A stretch of DNA of 37,643 nt, taken from a virus (taxonomy: Duplodnaviria > Heunggongvirae > Uroviricota > Caudoviricetes). The notes below the pieces were generated by a model, which made no database searches, had not been told where the DNA came from, and saw nothing but the letters and a program-made list of their open reading frames with translations. Shown piece after piece: positions 10,101-18,122 of the stretch (position 1 is the stretch's first letter; each line of letters opens with the position of its first letter). The stretch covers positions 1 through 37,643 of IMG/VR virus record IMGVR_UViG_3300036944_000513, one strand, 5' to 3'. The translations under genes and the position numbers were made by a program.

Positions 10101-11864
10101 TACTACGTTTGCATATACTGCGCCGGTAGAAGGATTATAAAGCATTCCCGGAGCAAACGTAAATGCTGCTCGTGCTCTTGCATTAGTGAAGTATACATTT
10201 CCAGTAGTGGTATTACCGGATTCAACTATGTTTGAAGTATAGATTGTTGGTAATCCAGTAATCGTAGCAGAAGATGATATGCGACCATTAGCTTCAATGA
10301 CAATGTTATTACCAGCAATCAATGATGATATTGATCGAGTATTCGTGAAATAAAGGTTAGCAGAGCCTTCTGAAACTGAATCAGTCGATAGTCCACCAAC
10401 AGCAATAGTTCCAGTTAATGCTTCATATGCAATACCCGTTCCCGCAGTTAGAGAATCTCTCGCTTTTGCAGTTGTAAAATATTGATTTGTGCCTTCGGCT
10501 ACATTGGTGGTTGTCAATCCTGAAACCGACACAGTTCCAGTAGAATTAATCCCAATTCCAGTGCCACCGGTTAATGCAGCAATTGCTCTGGCGTTTGTAA
10601 AGTATACATTTCCAGTAGTAGTATTCCCCACTTCAATTATATTAGGAGTATATAATTGTGGGATTGCGCCGCCCAATGTTGCAACTGATGATACGCGACC
10701 ATTTGCCTCAATGACAATATTATTACCCGCAATCAATGATGATATTGATCGAGTATTCGTGAAGTATAAATTTGCACCTTCAATGATATTACTTGTGCTG
10801 ATATTATCTTTTACTGCTGCAACTGCGCGGGCATTGCTATAATATAAATTGGAGCCCTCTGGAATGAAAGAGGTCGAAATTGATGTTGTAGTTGTGCTAT
10901 TAACATTGTTGGTAATAATCAAATTGCCAGAAATGTCTTTTAAGTAAATACTTCCAATAGAAAATACTTGTGCGCTCATGTTCCACTTGTGGGTGGAATT
11001 TCCTAAATTTCTTCCAGTGGTAGCAGACGGAATTAAATTACCAACAATCGTAGTAGGATTAGATGCTAAATTGGCAAGTACTCTCGTATTCGTGTAGTAT
11101 AAATTGCTAACACCTTCTGGAATAATATCTGTATTCCCAGAAAATGCAGTAACCAATCCAGTTATTAAACCATTTGCATCAAGTATAATATTTTGACCAG
11201 CAGTAAACGCAGATCTTGCGCGAGTATTTGTAAAGAATACATTACCGGTGGTAGTTGTCCCATCTTCAATTACATTACTTGCATAAATTGTACCTGAAAT
11301 CGTTGCATTTCCGCCGCCGCCTGTAGCTGGCCCCTGTCCAAATAAAGTTGGAGAAAATCTTACAATAGATACAATACTGTTGGCGAATGAATTGACTGCT
11401 AATGTTACATTAGAAACACCAGTTCCAACTGCAACGGAGTAATCTTCAGTTGGCTGAAGTAAAAATCCATCAATATAGACAAATACCGTATCGTTTGCAG
11501 TAAATTCAAGCGGGTTACCATTTAAGTCATTGCCATTAAATATTGCTCGTGGAGTAGCTGTAACATAATCAAATCTTGTTACACCAGTTCTAGTAATATT
11601 AGAAAGATCTAGATCTAAATTGATATTTGGCTGAACTGAAATAGTTCCATTCGCAGTAATAGTAATACCAGCGCCCGCTGTAAGAAGCGTACCAATCTGT
11701 TTTAGGTCACGCGAACCATCTGTATTACTAATTACGACATAGTTATTTCCCGCAGAAACGCCAAGATTTGGCTCGGCGTTATTTAGGGTTAAAAAACTAT
11801 ATCTATTTGGGTCAAGATTACCGGGTGTTGCTGGAACTACCGCGCTACTAAGTCTATTAAGCAT
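7179..11864 (-). CDS. Long tail fibre protein with C-terminal intramolecular chaperone (peptidase S74) domain
   Basis: 1561 aa with many NVYFTNxRA repeats and six 69-aa repeats. The C-terminus YSSDRNLKTNI...IGVIAQEIEAVLPQVV...LLIQAIKEL is the S74 autocleavage/chaperone signature. Confidence 0.85.
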   Translation of the reverse strand: MLNRLSSAVVPATPGNLDPNRYSFLTLNNAEPNLGVSAGNNYVVISNTDGSRDLKQIGTLLTAGAGITITANGTISVQPNINLDLDLSNITRTGVTRFDYVTATPRAIFNGNDLNGNPLEFTANDTVFVYIDGFLLQPTEDYSVAVGTGVSNVTLAVNSFANSIVSIVRFSPTLFGQGPATGGGGNATISGTIYASNVIEDGTTTTGNVFFTNTRARSAFTAGQNIILDANGLITGLVTAFSGNTDIIPEGVSNLYYTNTRVLANLASNPTTIVGNLIPSATTGRNLGNSTHKWNMSAQVFSIGSIYLKDISGNLIITNNVNSTTTTSISTSFIPEGSNLYYSNARAVAAVKDNISTSNIIEGANLYFTNTRSISSLIAGNNIVIEANGRVSSVATLGGAIPQLYTPNIIEVGNTTTGNVYFTNARAIAALTGGTGIGINSTGTVSVSGLTTTNVAEGTNQYFTTAKARDSLTAGTGIAYEALTGTIAVGGLSTDSVSEGSANLYFTNTRSISSLIAGNNIVIEANGRISSSATITGLPTIYTSNIVESGNTTTGNVYFTNARARAAFTFAPGMLYNPSTGAVYANVVSVAGRIGQVILSANDIVESGNTTTGNVYFTNTRAISAFTAGTGVAISNTGVISSSLTGVTSGVIADIANTATLVTGNIIPAAAGVYDLGSPTRPWRDVWLTGSTLNIGTLKLSQSANGGLSITNSNVQQANNPTFITDSIPEGSNLTSNVYFTNVRAIAAVRDNINTSNVHEGSNLYFTNTRAIYALTGGTGISISGTGTISSSVLNGGKLQGAIDASNVYEDGNTTSGNVFFNNARARAAFTAGNGIGIGTDGTITANVKSVNGKTGVIILYTGNVIESGNTTAGNVYFSNARARAAFTAGDNITITDGVIASTGGLSASDVGANIPTSGVTAGGYGNATIVPSFIVGANGIISSATNVAIIYPVTSVNAQTGAVSLITANVAEFNSDGFLYFSNSRARAAISNGSGISYVQSTGVISTDIISATDGTIRSKLSVNNANVVGTKGYGNVAYNSSTGVITYTRVSNVDIKDALSAGNGIVIEANGQILSTLTTFTNTGARESISATSANVAGTKGYGNVSYDSGTGVITYTRVSNVDIKDALKAGSGITIAADGTIATSATSYSDTNARGSISVANANVVNKLGYGNLTYDSGTGVITYTRVSNADIKSALSAGNGIVLEANGQILSTLTAFTDTGARSAIGVNNANVVNKLGYGNIAYDSSTGVITYTRVSNADIKGALSAGNGIVIEANGQILSTLTAFTDTGARSAISVTNANVVNKLGYGNIAYNSSTGVITYTRVSNADIKSALSAGNGIVIEANGQILSTLTAFSDTGARSAISVTNANVTGTKGYGNVAYNSSTGVITYTRVSNVDIKDALIAGSGIVIEANGRISSSSVVGTATDLQVSSLGVGTAASGLAGEIRATNDITAFYSSDRNLKTNIHVITNALIKLDDINGVSFDWNDAALAMYPDRTYNDIGVIAQEIEAVLPQVVTTRDTGYKAVKYEKIIPLLIQAIKELKSEVDTLKQQINTK
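7600..8830 (-). repeat. Tandem 207-nt (69-aa) repeat, six copies, within the long fibre gene
   Basis: The anchor gt(a/g)tatgt(a/g)attac begins at 7681, 7888, 8095, 8302, 8509 and 8716, an exact 207-nt period. Unit: GYGNxxYxSxTGVITYTRVSNxDIKxAL...GAR. Outer boundaries are approximate. Confidence 0.92.
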
Positions 11865-11874
11865 TTCTTATTTT

Positions 11875-12216
11875 TTATTGGTTAGATGTTTCTAATACAC
11901 TCATTACGATCTTTAATTTATTATTTTCACTGGCGTGTGCATAAAATCCTTGACTTTGCTCTAATACTAATTTTCCAGTTAACACAGTAGATGCGTCATT
12001 TGGTGGAATTGCATACTGCTTAACTAATTCCACTGCTGGCTGATTATTTGCTTTATAATAGCAAGTAACATTTGCAACTGTATCGCTTATGTTTGAAACT
12101 TGCGCCATCAATATAATTGACGTTACTTCGGTTGGAGCGACATATAATAGTGTACTTGCGGTTGTTAAATTTGCGCCAAGTGATTTAAATACATTTAATG
12201 GTACTGTAATTGCCAT
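11875..12216 (-). CDS. Small beta-rich putative virion structural protein
   Basis: 113 aa; LYVAP...IILMAQVSN...IPPNDASTVLTGKLVLE pattern; a similar unit occurs twice at the C-terminus of 30578..33151. Confidence 0.6.
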   Translation of the reverse strand: MAITVPLNVFKSLGANLTTASTLLYVAPTEVTSIILMAQVSNISDTVANVTCYYKANNQPAVELVKQYAIPPNDASTVLTGKLVLEQSQGFYAHASENNKLKIVMSVLETSNQ

Positions 12217-12225
12217 TTTTTATCC

Positions 12226-15200
12226 TTATTGGATTGCTAAAATATAGGGAGTCAACACTGCAAACAAACTCTTATCAAATGTTCTACCAATAATTGTTCC
12301 CGTTGCTCTATTTATAACCATTTCATTTCCAATTCTAAAGTCACCTATGTGGTCAGTACTGGTATAATACACTGCACCGCCGCGCAATTCAACGACTTCA
12401 TTTTCTTGGATTGGAATTCCTCCAGATGATGGAAGAGCGGTTGCCAAGTCATTGCCAGAACCAACATATTCAAATGTTTGACCAGATGCAGAAATATAGC
12501 TTCTTTGGTGGAAAGATACTCTTGTATTTGCACGAGGAAAGTCCGCAGCCAATAACTTTTCATCCAATACAATAGTAGTCTCGCCAACGCCACCTAAAGT
12601 TGGATATGTGACATTAATATAATTAATAACACTAGTCTTGACTGTACTAATATTATTTAGTACTGCAGTCTTAGCTAGAATTTTATTCACATCATAGCTT
12701 GTAGTTGTCACACTTAGCGGCACAAGCGTGGATGTATTATACACACCATCTGGAACAAAATCAATAATAATGTTAGAAAGCGTAATTAATGTATTAGCTG
12801 AATCCGATGACCCAACTCCCAATGATCTATTTTGAATCAATGATAAGTTTGCGTTTGCTGATCTAACGATTGCCGTATTTAGTACGACATTAGAAACAAC
12901 ACGTTTTAAATGATTGTAACTATTGGCAGTTGGCAATCTTTGTGCAACTGGCAATGTTGCAACTGCACCATTATAATATGCGTTTGCCGCAGTTGCTGTT
13001 TGACTAGTTCCGCCATATGCTAAGTCATATGTAAATGCATCTAATACATAGCCAATATCTCTAGCACATAATGTTGGACTATAGGTAGCTGCAATTGTTG
13101 GTTCGTTCGCAGAGATCCATGAAGTTATTTCGTTCTGAATGAATGCTTTGTTTACCTGCAATATAGAAGCGGCATTAGAATAACCAGTGGGCGTTGTAAG
13201 TGGGGGTGCATAGAATATAGGATCTACTGCAGCTACACCACTATTAATAATTTCAGTAACATCAGAAATTCTAGCTGCAACGGTTGCTTTAATAGCTCCA
13301 TCACCAATGTATCCCAATACTATTTCTTTTGCTTTATTGATTCCATCAATTGTGGGGTCTTTTTGAACCGTAGCAGTTACGTTGGAGCTATATGATCTAA
13401 GGTATGCTAATCCAGCAACAATAGATTTATAATTAGTGCCCAAAACCATGTCATCCAATGCAGCTTCAACAATGTAACCAACATCTCTTGCACATTTAGC
13501 TTGGTCATAACCACCAACAACATTGGCTAATGGAGTAGATGAATTGACAGTATAAAACTGAACACTTCCATTGCTGATTGTTGCCCAGTTAGAATTTACA
13601 TATTCTAATACTTCTGCTTTAATGAAGTCTCTATTTGACAACAATAATTTAGTAGCATTCACCATATTTGGTGATGTATTTGCTGTCAATTCTATTGGAG
13701 TTTTTGCTGGAGCAACTGCTGGCCCATTTTCAATAATATTTACAATTAAATCTAATTTAGTATTAATAAAATTAGATTCAGCAAATGTGGCAGCAGGTGC
13801 AGCAGTTGTATTTTGTGTAACAGCAGTTTGCAATGTTGTTAAAATTGGCTGCGCAGTTACGATTCTTTGCGTCAATGATTTAATATATTCGTATGCAGCA
13901 CCAGTTTGAACTACTTGATTAACAATTCTAGTAGTGTCAGCATTGTAATTATAATAATAAACACCAGATTGAATGGATTGTTTATTTCCATCATGACGCA
14001 AGTCAAATGTAATGCTATCTAAAATAAAACCAACATCTCGTTTACACTTATCATTGTCGTACAAGAATTGTGGATATGTTGTATTAACATATGCTACGGT
14101 TTCTGCTGCAATGAAATCCTTATTCAATTGTAGCAAATTAGATGAATTTTGAACCGCTGTTGCAGTATTTGCTGGGTACTTATCAGGAACAATTCTATCA
14201 GTTACACCAACTGTTCCATTATTAATAATATCTATGATTAAATTAAAATCGGTATCAATTACATTTGCGGTCTGGAATGTTCCAACTGCTGTATTAGCAA
14301 ATACTTGAGAAAATGTAGATTGACGTTTAATTGGAACTCCAACGCTTCTAGAAATTACATTTGCTAAACTTTTTGCATATGTCAATGCAGCAACTGTCTC
14401 TGGCATTTGTCCCGGAATAGATGATGCAGTTTGAGTATAATATTGCAATCCAGCAAATGTTGATTGTGAATTACTTGTATATGCAGCATCAAATGCAACG
14501 GAGTCTACAATTAATCCTGTATCACGAGAACACAATGCTTGGTCAAAATTTGCAAATAATACAGCATCCCCAATACTTGGGCGCTTAGATACATTCTCCA
14601 ACAAGAATGTTCTAGAATTTATTTGTGACTTAACTCTGCCGGTATAAAGAGGAAAACTTACGCCATCGGCTACTAATCCATATGTACCAAAGGACGTATT
14701 AGAGTTGGTGATAGAACAGAATCCACCCGCCTCACATAGAATACCAATATTACAGCAAATTGTAAATACGGATACCAACTGTGTATATCCGCGATTCAAC
14801 ATATGGATGCCGATACCACCAGAATTTGTCTGAGTATATGCATCACACACCATTGAACGCAATCCACCAACAAATGCTCCATCAACTCTCATACCGGTTC
14901 CGGTAGTAGTAATAGAACTTGAGTTTTGAATATATGGGCTTGTTACAATCGTACCAGCAGATCCATCTGGATTATATGAAAATACTGCAGCGGGTGCAAC
15001 GTGATCCCTGTAGGTAAATCCAGTTGCATATGAACCGTTTTCAACATAAAACATGTCTTTTGTTGGCTGCGAAGGGCGAACTGTAGTTGTACGCAAATTA
15101 TCGCCAACCAAAGCAACCCGAGCTTTAATAGTGACAGGTTGATTGTGTAATGTATATTCTCCGGGATTTACTCTAACTGTTGTCCATGCATTCGCTCTAG

Positions 15201-16053
15201 CCAAAGCAACGTGAATGTTTGCAACGGCATTCGCCATTGTTCTTCCATCAAGGGTATCATCGCCATTACCGGATACCCAAATAAGATTTGCAGTTGGCTT
15301 TTGAATTTGCGATCTTAATACTGCTCTAGCATTTGCAGTGGCATTAATCGCTAATGTATTTGAGAAATAAAGATTAGCCTGACCCTGTGGAAGATCATCT
15401 GTGGTAAATGTTCTTAAATCAAGATTTGCCAAATATGAAATATTTGCCTTGATAGTTCCATTACTTTTATCATATATGATAGTAACGTCGCCAGCACTAA
15501 TTGCTGCTCTTGCTCTAGCATTAGAATAATAAAGATTTGCGGTTCCCGGAGCTTCTAAAATATCATCGGTATACCCAGAAATATCTGATTTAAATCCCGG
15601 AGAAGTACCAAGAATTCTCCAGTTATTATTATCATAGATAAAAAATGCAGTGTCACCAATGTTGTCGAAAAACAGTGTGCGATTTCCAACAATATTCACA
15701 TTAGGTGAGCGAAGTGTTGCTCTTCCGCCAGCGCCTTTGCTCACCAATGTGATAATTTTTAGCTGCCCGTTATCAATTCCATTTTCTAGTGTTGGAAAAA
15801 CTTCGGTCTGAAATAATTGTAATTCAGTAATAAGTTTTTTATTGGTGATCGGAAATGTATAAACGTTACTTACATCTAATACTTGCTTATTAGTATCAAG
15901 GAAAATATTTCCTTTAAATGTGGGATTACTAATGCTGGAAAATAAATTCGCAGCATCAATTTGTTTACTATCGCCATCTTGCACAACATAAAATGTATCA
16001 CCGGTTTTAACTACCGATGCTCGTGCAAGATCCGTTATTTTCAAATCAGCCAT
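12226..16053 (-). CDS. Tailspike-like structural protein: pectate-lyase-like beta-helix with four inserted phycobiliprotein-like helical repeats
   Basis: The beta-helix entry motif IWVSGNGDDTLDG...IHVAL...VRVNPGEY...VALVGDNLRTTTVRP is followed by beta-strand repeats. Four CxRDxG repeats have their Cys codons at 14530, 14044, 13492 and 13066. Confidence 0.7.
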   Translation of the reverse strand: MADLKITDLARASVVKTGDTFYVVQDGDSKQIDAANLFSSISNPTFKGNIFLDTNKQVLDVSNVYTFPITNKKLITELQLFQTEVFPTLENGIDNGQLKIITLVSKGAGGRATLRSPNVNIVGNRTLFFDNIGDTAFFIYDNNNWRILGTSPGFKSDISGYTDDILEAPGTANLYYSNARARAAISAGDVTIIYDKSNGTIKANISYLANLDLRTFTTDDLPQGQANLYFSNTLAINATANARAVLRSQIQKPTANLIWVSGNGDDTLDGRTMANAVANIHVALARANAWTTVRVNPGEYTLHNQPVTIKARVALVGDNLRTTTVRPSQPTKDMFYVENGSYATGFTYRDHVAPAAVFSYNPDGSAGTIVTSPYIQNSSSITTTGTGMRVDGAFVGGLRSMVCDAYTQTNSGGIGIHMLNRGYTQLVSVFTICCNIGILCEAGGFCSITNSNTSFGTYGLVADGVSFPLYTGRVKSQINSRTFLLENVSKRPSIGDAVLFANFDQALCSRDTGLIVDSVAFDAAYTSNSQSTFAGLQYYTQTASSIPGQMPETVAALTYAKSLANVISRSVGVPIKRQSTFSQVFANTAVGTFQTANVIDTDFNLIIDIINNGTVGVTDRIVPDKYPANTATAVQNSSNLLQLNKDFIAAETVAYVNTTYPQFLYDNDKCKRDVGFILDSITFDLRHDGNKQSIQSGVYYYNYNADTTRIVNQVVQTGAAYEYIKSLTQRIVTAQPILTTLQTAVTQNTTAAPAATFAESNFINTKLDLIVNIIENGPAVAPAKTPIELTANTSPNMVNATKLLLSNRDFIKAEVLEYVNSNWATISNGSVQFYTVNSSTPLANVVGGYDQAKCARDVGYIVEAALDDMVLGTNYKSIVAGLAYLRSYSSNVTATVQKDPTIDGINKAKEIVLGYIGDGAIKATVAARISDVTEIINSGVAAVDPIFYAPPLTTPTGYSNAASILQVNKAFIQNEITSWISANEPTIAATYSPTLCARDIGYVLDAFTYDLAYGGTSQTATAANAYYNGAVATLPVAQRLPTANSYNHLKRVVSNVVLNTAIVRSANANLSLIQNRSLGVGSSDSANTLITLSNIIIDFVPDGVYNTSTLVPLSVTTTSYDVNKILAKTAVLNNISTVKTSVINYINVTYPTLGGVGETTIVLDEKLLAADFPRANTRVSFHQRSYISASGQTFEYVGSGNDLATALPSSGGIPIQENEVVELRGGAVYYTSTDHIGDFRIGNEMVINRATGTIIGRTFDKSLFAVLTPYILAIQ

Positions 16054-16066
16054 TTTTTACACTTCT

Positions 16067-16594
16067 TTATTCTGGAATTACTGTGTCGTCGTTAGCATCA
16101 ACTTGCAAATCGTTTGTCGTATTTGCATTGAAGTTTTTAGACATTGCAACCAATACTTCAGATTTATTGCGAGTCTGACCAAAAGCATCTGTATAGGTAG
16201 AATAATTAACCCATCCAGTATGACTAATACCTTTAGCTTTAACTAAAGTATTTGCAACTTCGTCACGATCAACGCCATAAACATTTTGTTTACTTTGTGT
16301 ATTTGATCCAACATGACCTGAACTCAATAACCATTTTGGTGATTCTTGAACCGCAACGGTCAATCCGGCATTTGCGCCAGCGCCCGGAAATACATAGTTT
16401 GTATCCAATGTCAATACAACATTCGATAAAATTGAAGCAATTGCATAATTGACATTGGCAATAACCAATGAATATCCAACCTGTGCATTTGTATCAAATG
16501 ATGTACCTGTGCCAATGATGTATGCATTTCCTGATACATTTGCATTAGCTGTGCCAGTAAGCACTTTTCTATCTAATTTTCCCCATTCTGACAT
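16067..16594 (-). CDS. Conserved T4-like putative virion protein
   Basis: MSEWGKLD...HTGWV...RNKSEVLVAM pattern; preceded by a late promoter and an AGGGG SD-like sequence. Confidence 0.6.
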   Translation of the reverse strand: MSEWGKLDRKVLTGTANANVSGNAYIIGTGTSFDTNAQVGYSLVIANVNYAIASILSNVVLTLDTNYVFPGAGANAGLTVAVQESPKWLLSSGHVGSNTQSKQNVYGVDRDEVANTLVKAKGISHTGWVNYSTYTDAFGQTRNKSEVLVAMSKNFNANTTNDLQVDANDDTVIPE

Positions 16595-16613
16595 AATAGT
16601 CCCCTTTTTGTTT

Positions 16614-16621
16614 TATTTATA
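16614..16621 (-). promoter_or_regulatory. T4-type late promoter TATAAATA
   Basis: Exact consensus on the minus strand, 20 nt upstream of the ATG at 16594. Confidence 0.75.
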
Positions 16622-17615
16622 CCTTACGTACAACACCGGATGCTGTATGAATAGTAATTGATGTTTTACCGTTATTGGTCTTGGAATATTTAAATCCCGG
16701 TTTACCTTCAAGTACAACCGATTCTGGATTAGAAATAGTCGTATTAATATCAGCTTTTCTTAGACTTTCAACTACGCTATTAGCATGAGCCATAGTTTTA
16801 GCTTCAATCATAACGTTCATATCTTGGGTGTCATATGCTTCTGCAGCAATGGAAATAATTTCACTTTGAATTGATGGGTCATCTGAATTTACAATTGTTT
16901 TAACTGCATTCAAATAATCAGAATAAGAAAGATTTTCTTCTAATTCAATTTCAAAATCGTTATGCTTAAAAGTGGTTTCTGAAACTTCTTCTGCAATTTT
17001 CTTTTTACCAAAGTTTTGGAATACATCCAATACCTTATCATGCATAGCATTAGTTGTTGCAGTGATTGGATCTTTTTTGAAGCTAACTTTTTGTTTTGGT
17101 GCTTTTGCAATTTCAGCGGCTTGGCGAACTGGACTTGCTTTATTTGCATCCATATAATGTTGAGTGTATGCGCCTTCGCTCATTGATTTAGAATTCATGA
17201 GCTTAACTTGATGTTCTGCGGTATCTTGAGCATCTTTTTTGCCCTCTTTACCAGAACCATGATATCCAACTGGGCCTTCCCCCATATGCTCTCCATCCTT
17301 ATAGAAATGGGATTGATATTCTTGATATTCTGGATCATATCTTACTTCTGCGTGATATGTGCCCGTTCCTTTACCGTGCTCAGAAACTTTTCTAAGAGCT
17401 TCGTTAAGTTCTTCAACTTCTTCATCAATTTCGGCTTTTTCTTTTAGTTTTGCTTTTGCACGAAGCATCTCAAAATCTTTTGCTGTCAATTCATCCTTTT
17501 CAGGTTCATGCAAATCTAATTTTTGTTGCTTTGGTGTTAATTTTTCATCTAATTGTTGTACTTCTACGGTCTTACCTTCAAGAACCATAGTAATAGCATT
17601 CATAAAATCTTTCAT
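16617..17615 (-). CDS. Hypothetical charged protein (possible internal head protein)
   Basis: 332 aa, Glu/Lys-rich, with LTPKQQKLD...LTAKDFEMLR and EEVEELNE segments. Confidence 0.55.
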   Translation of the reverse strand: MKDFMNAITMVLEGKTVEVQQLDEKLTPKQQKLDLHEPEKDELTAKDFEMLRAKAKLKEKAEIDEEVEELNEALRKVSEHGKGTGTYHAEVRYDPEYQEYQSHFYKDGEHMGEGPVGYHGSGKEGKKDAQDTAEHQVKLMNSKSMSEGAYTQHYMDANKASPVRQAAEIAKAPKQKVSFKKDPITATTNAMHDKVLDVFQNFGKKKIAEEVSETTFKHNDFEIELEENLSYSDYLNAVKTIVNSDDPSIQSEIISIAAEAYDTQDMNVMIEAKTMAHANSVVESLRKADINTTISNPESVVLEGKPGFKYSKTNNGKTSITIHTASGVVRKV

Positions 17616-17672
17616 GGCGCTTCCCCTATTTGTTTATTATTGTTATTTATTATGGTTAAATCCGGCGTCAAT

Positions 17673-18110
17673 TTATTTCAAAATTGACTTAATCATCCAT
17701 CCGTGTTTCTGATGTGCAGTTATACGATCTTGGAGAACATTGGAAATACCAATCTCCCCCATTGTTTCTGCGGTACGATATGCTTGTAACAATGCAAGAA
17801 TAACTGTATCATTGTCTCTGGATAAATCCATAAACATATTTCTTGCATCAGCAGGAATCATATCAACTTCCTGAATACTTGTTATATTTTTAAATGATGT
17901 GTATGAAGCATTTACTTTAACATCAAGTGTACGAATTAATTCTGCAATAGAATCAACTGCTGAAAATGCGTCAGTGTATAAATCATTCAAGAATTCATGA
18001 TATTGAGGAAAGTCATTTCCTTCAACATTCCAATGATAATTATGCGTTTTTAAGTAAAAGCTAAATGTATCAGCCAGTGCTTTTTGTAGTAATTGTGCTA
18101 ATGGGTTCAT
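17673..18110 (-). CDS. dps: Dps-family ferritin-like DNA-protection protein
   Basis: HNYHWNVEG...YHEFL...AVDSIAELIRTL retains the Dps ferroxidase His, His, Asp and Glu residues; C-terminal HQKHGWMI; 145 aa. Confidence 0.92.
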   Translation of the reverse strand: MNPLAQLLQKALADTFSFYLKTHNYHWNVEGNDFPQYHEFLNDLYTDAFSAVDSIAELIRTLDVKVNASYTSFKNITSIQEVDMIPADARNMFMDLSRDNDTVILALLQAYRTAETMGEIGISNVLQDRITAHQKHGWMIKSILK

Positions 18111-18122
18111 TTTATTTCCTTG

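Noticed and set aside
12226-16053. Concluding that the host is a cyanobacterium from the phycobiliprotein-like repeats
   Set aside because: No photosynthesis, bilin-synthesis or lyase genes occur in the window, and thyX, dps and the conserved hypotheticals are not host-specific.
17644-17651. Near-consensus late promoters AATAAATA (17644-17651) and CATAAATA (3693-3700), and an exact TATAAATA at 34430-34437
   Set aside because: The first two are mismatched in AT-rich DNA and the one at 3693 is only a few nt from the start codon. The third is deep inside a coding region. They are possible but not supported enough to list.
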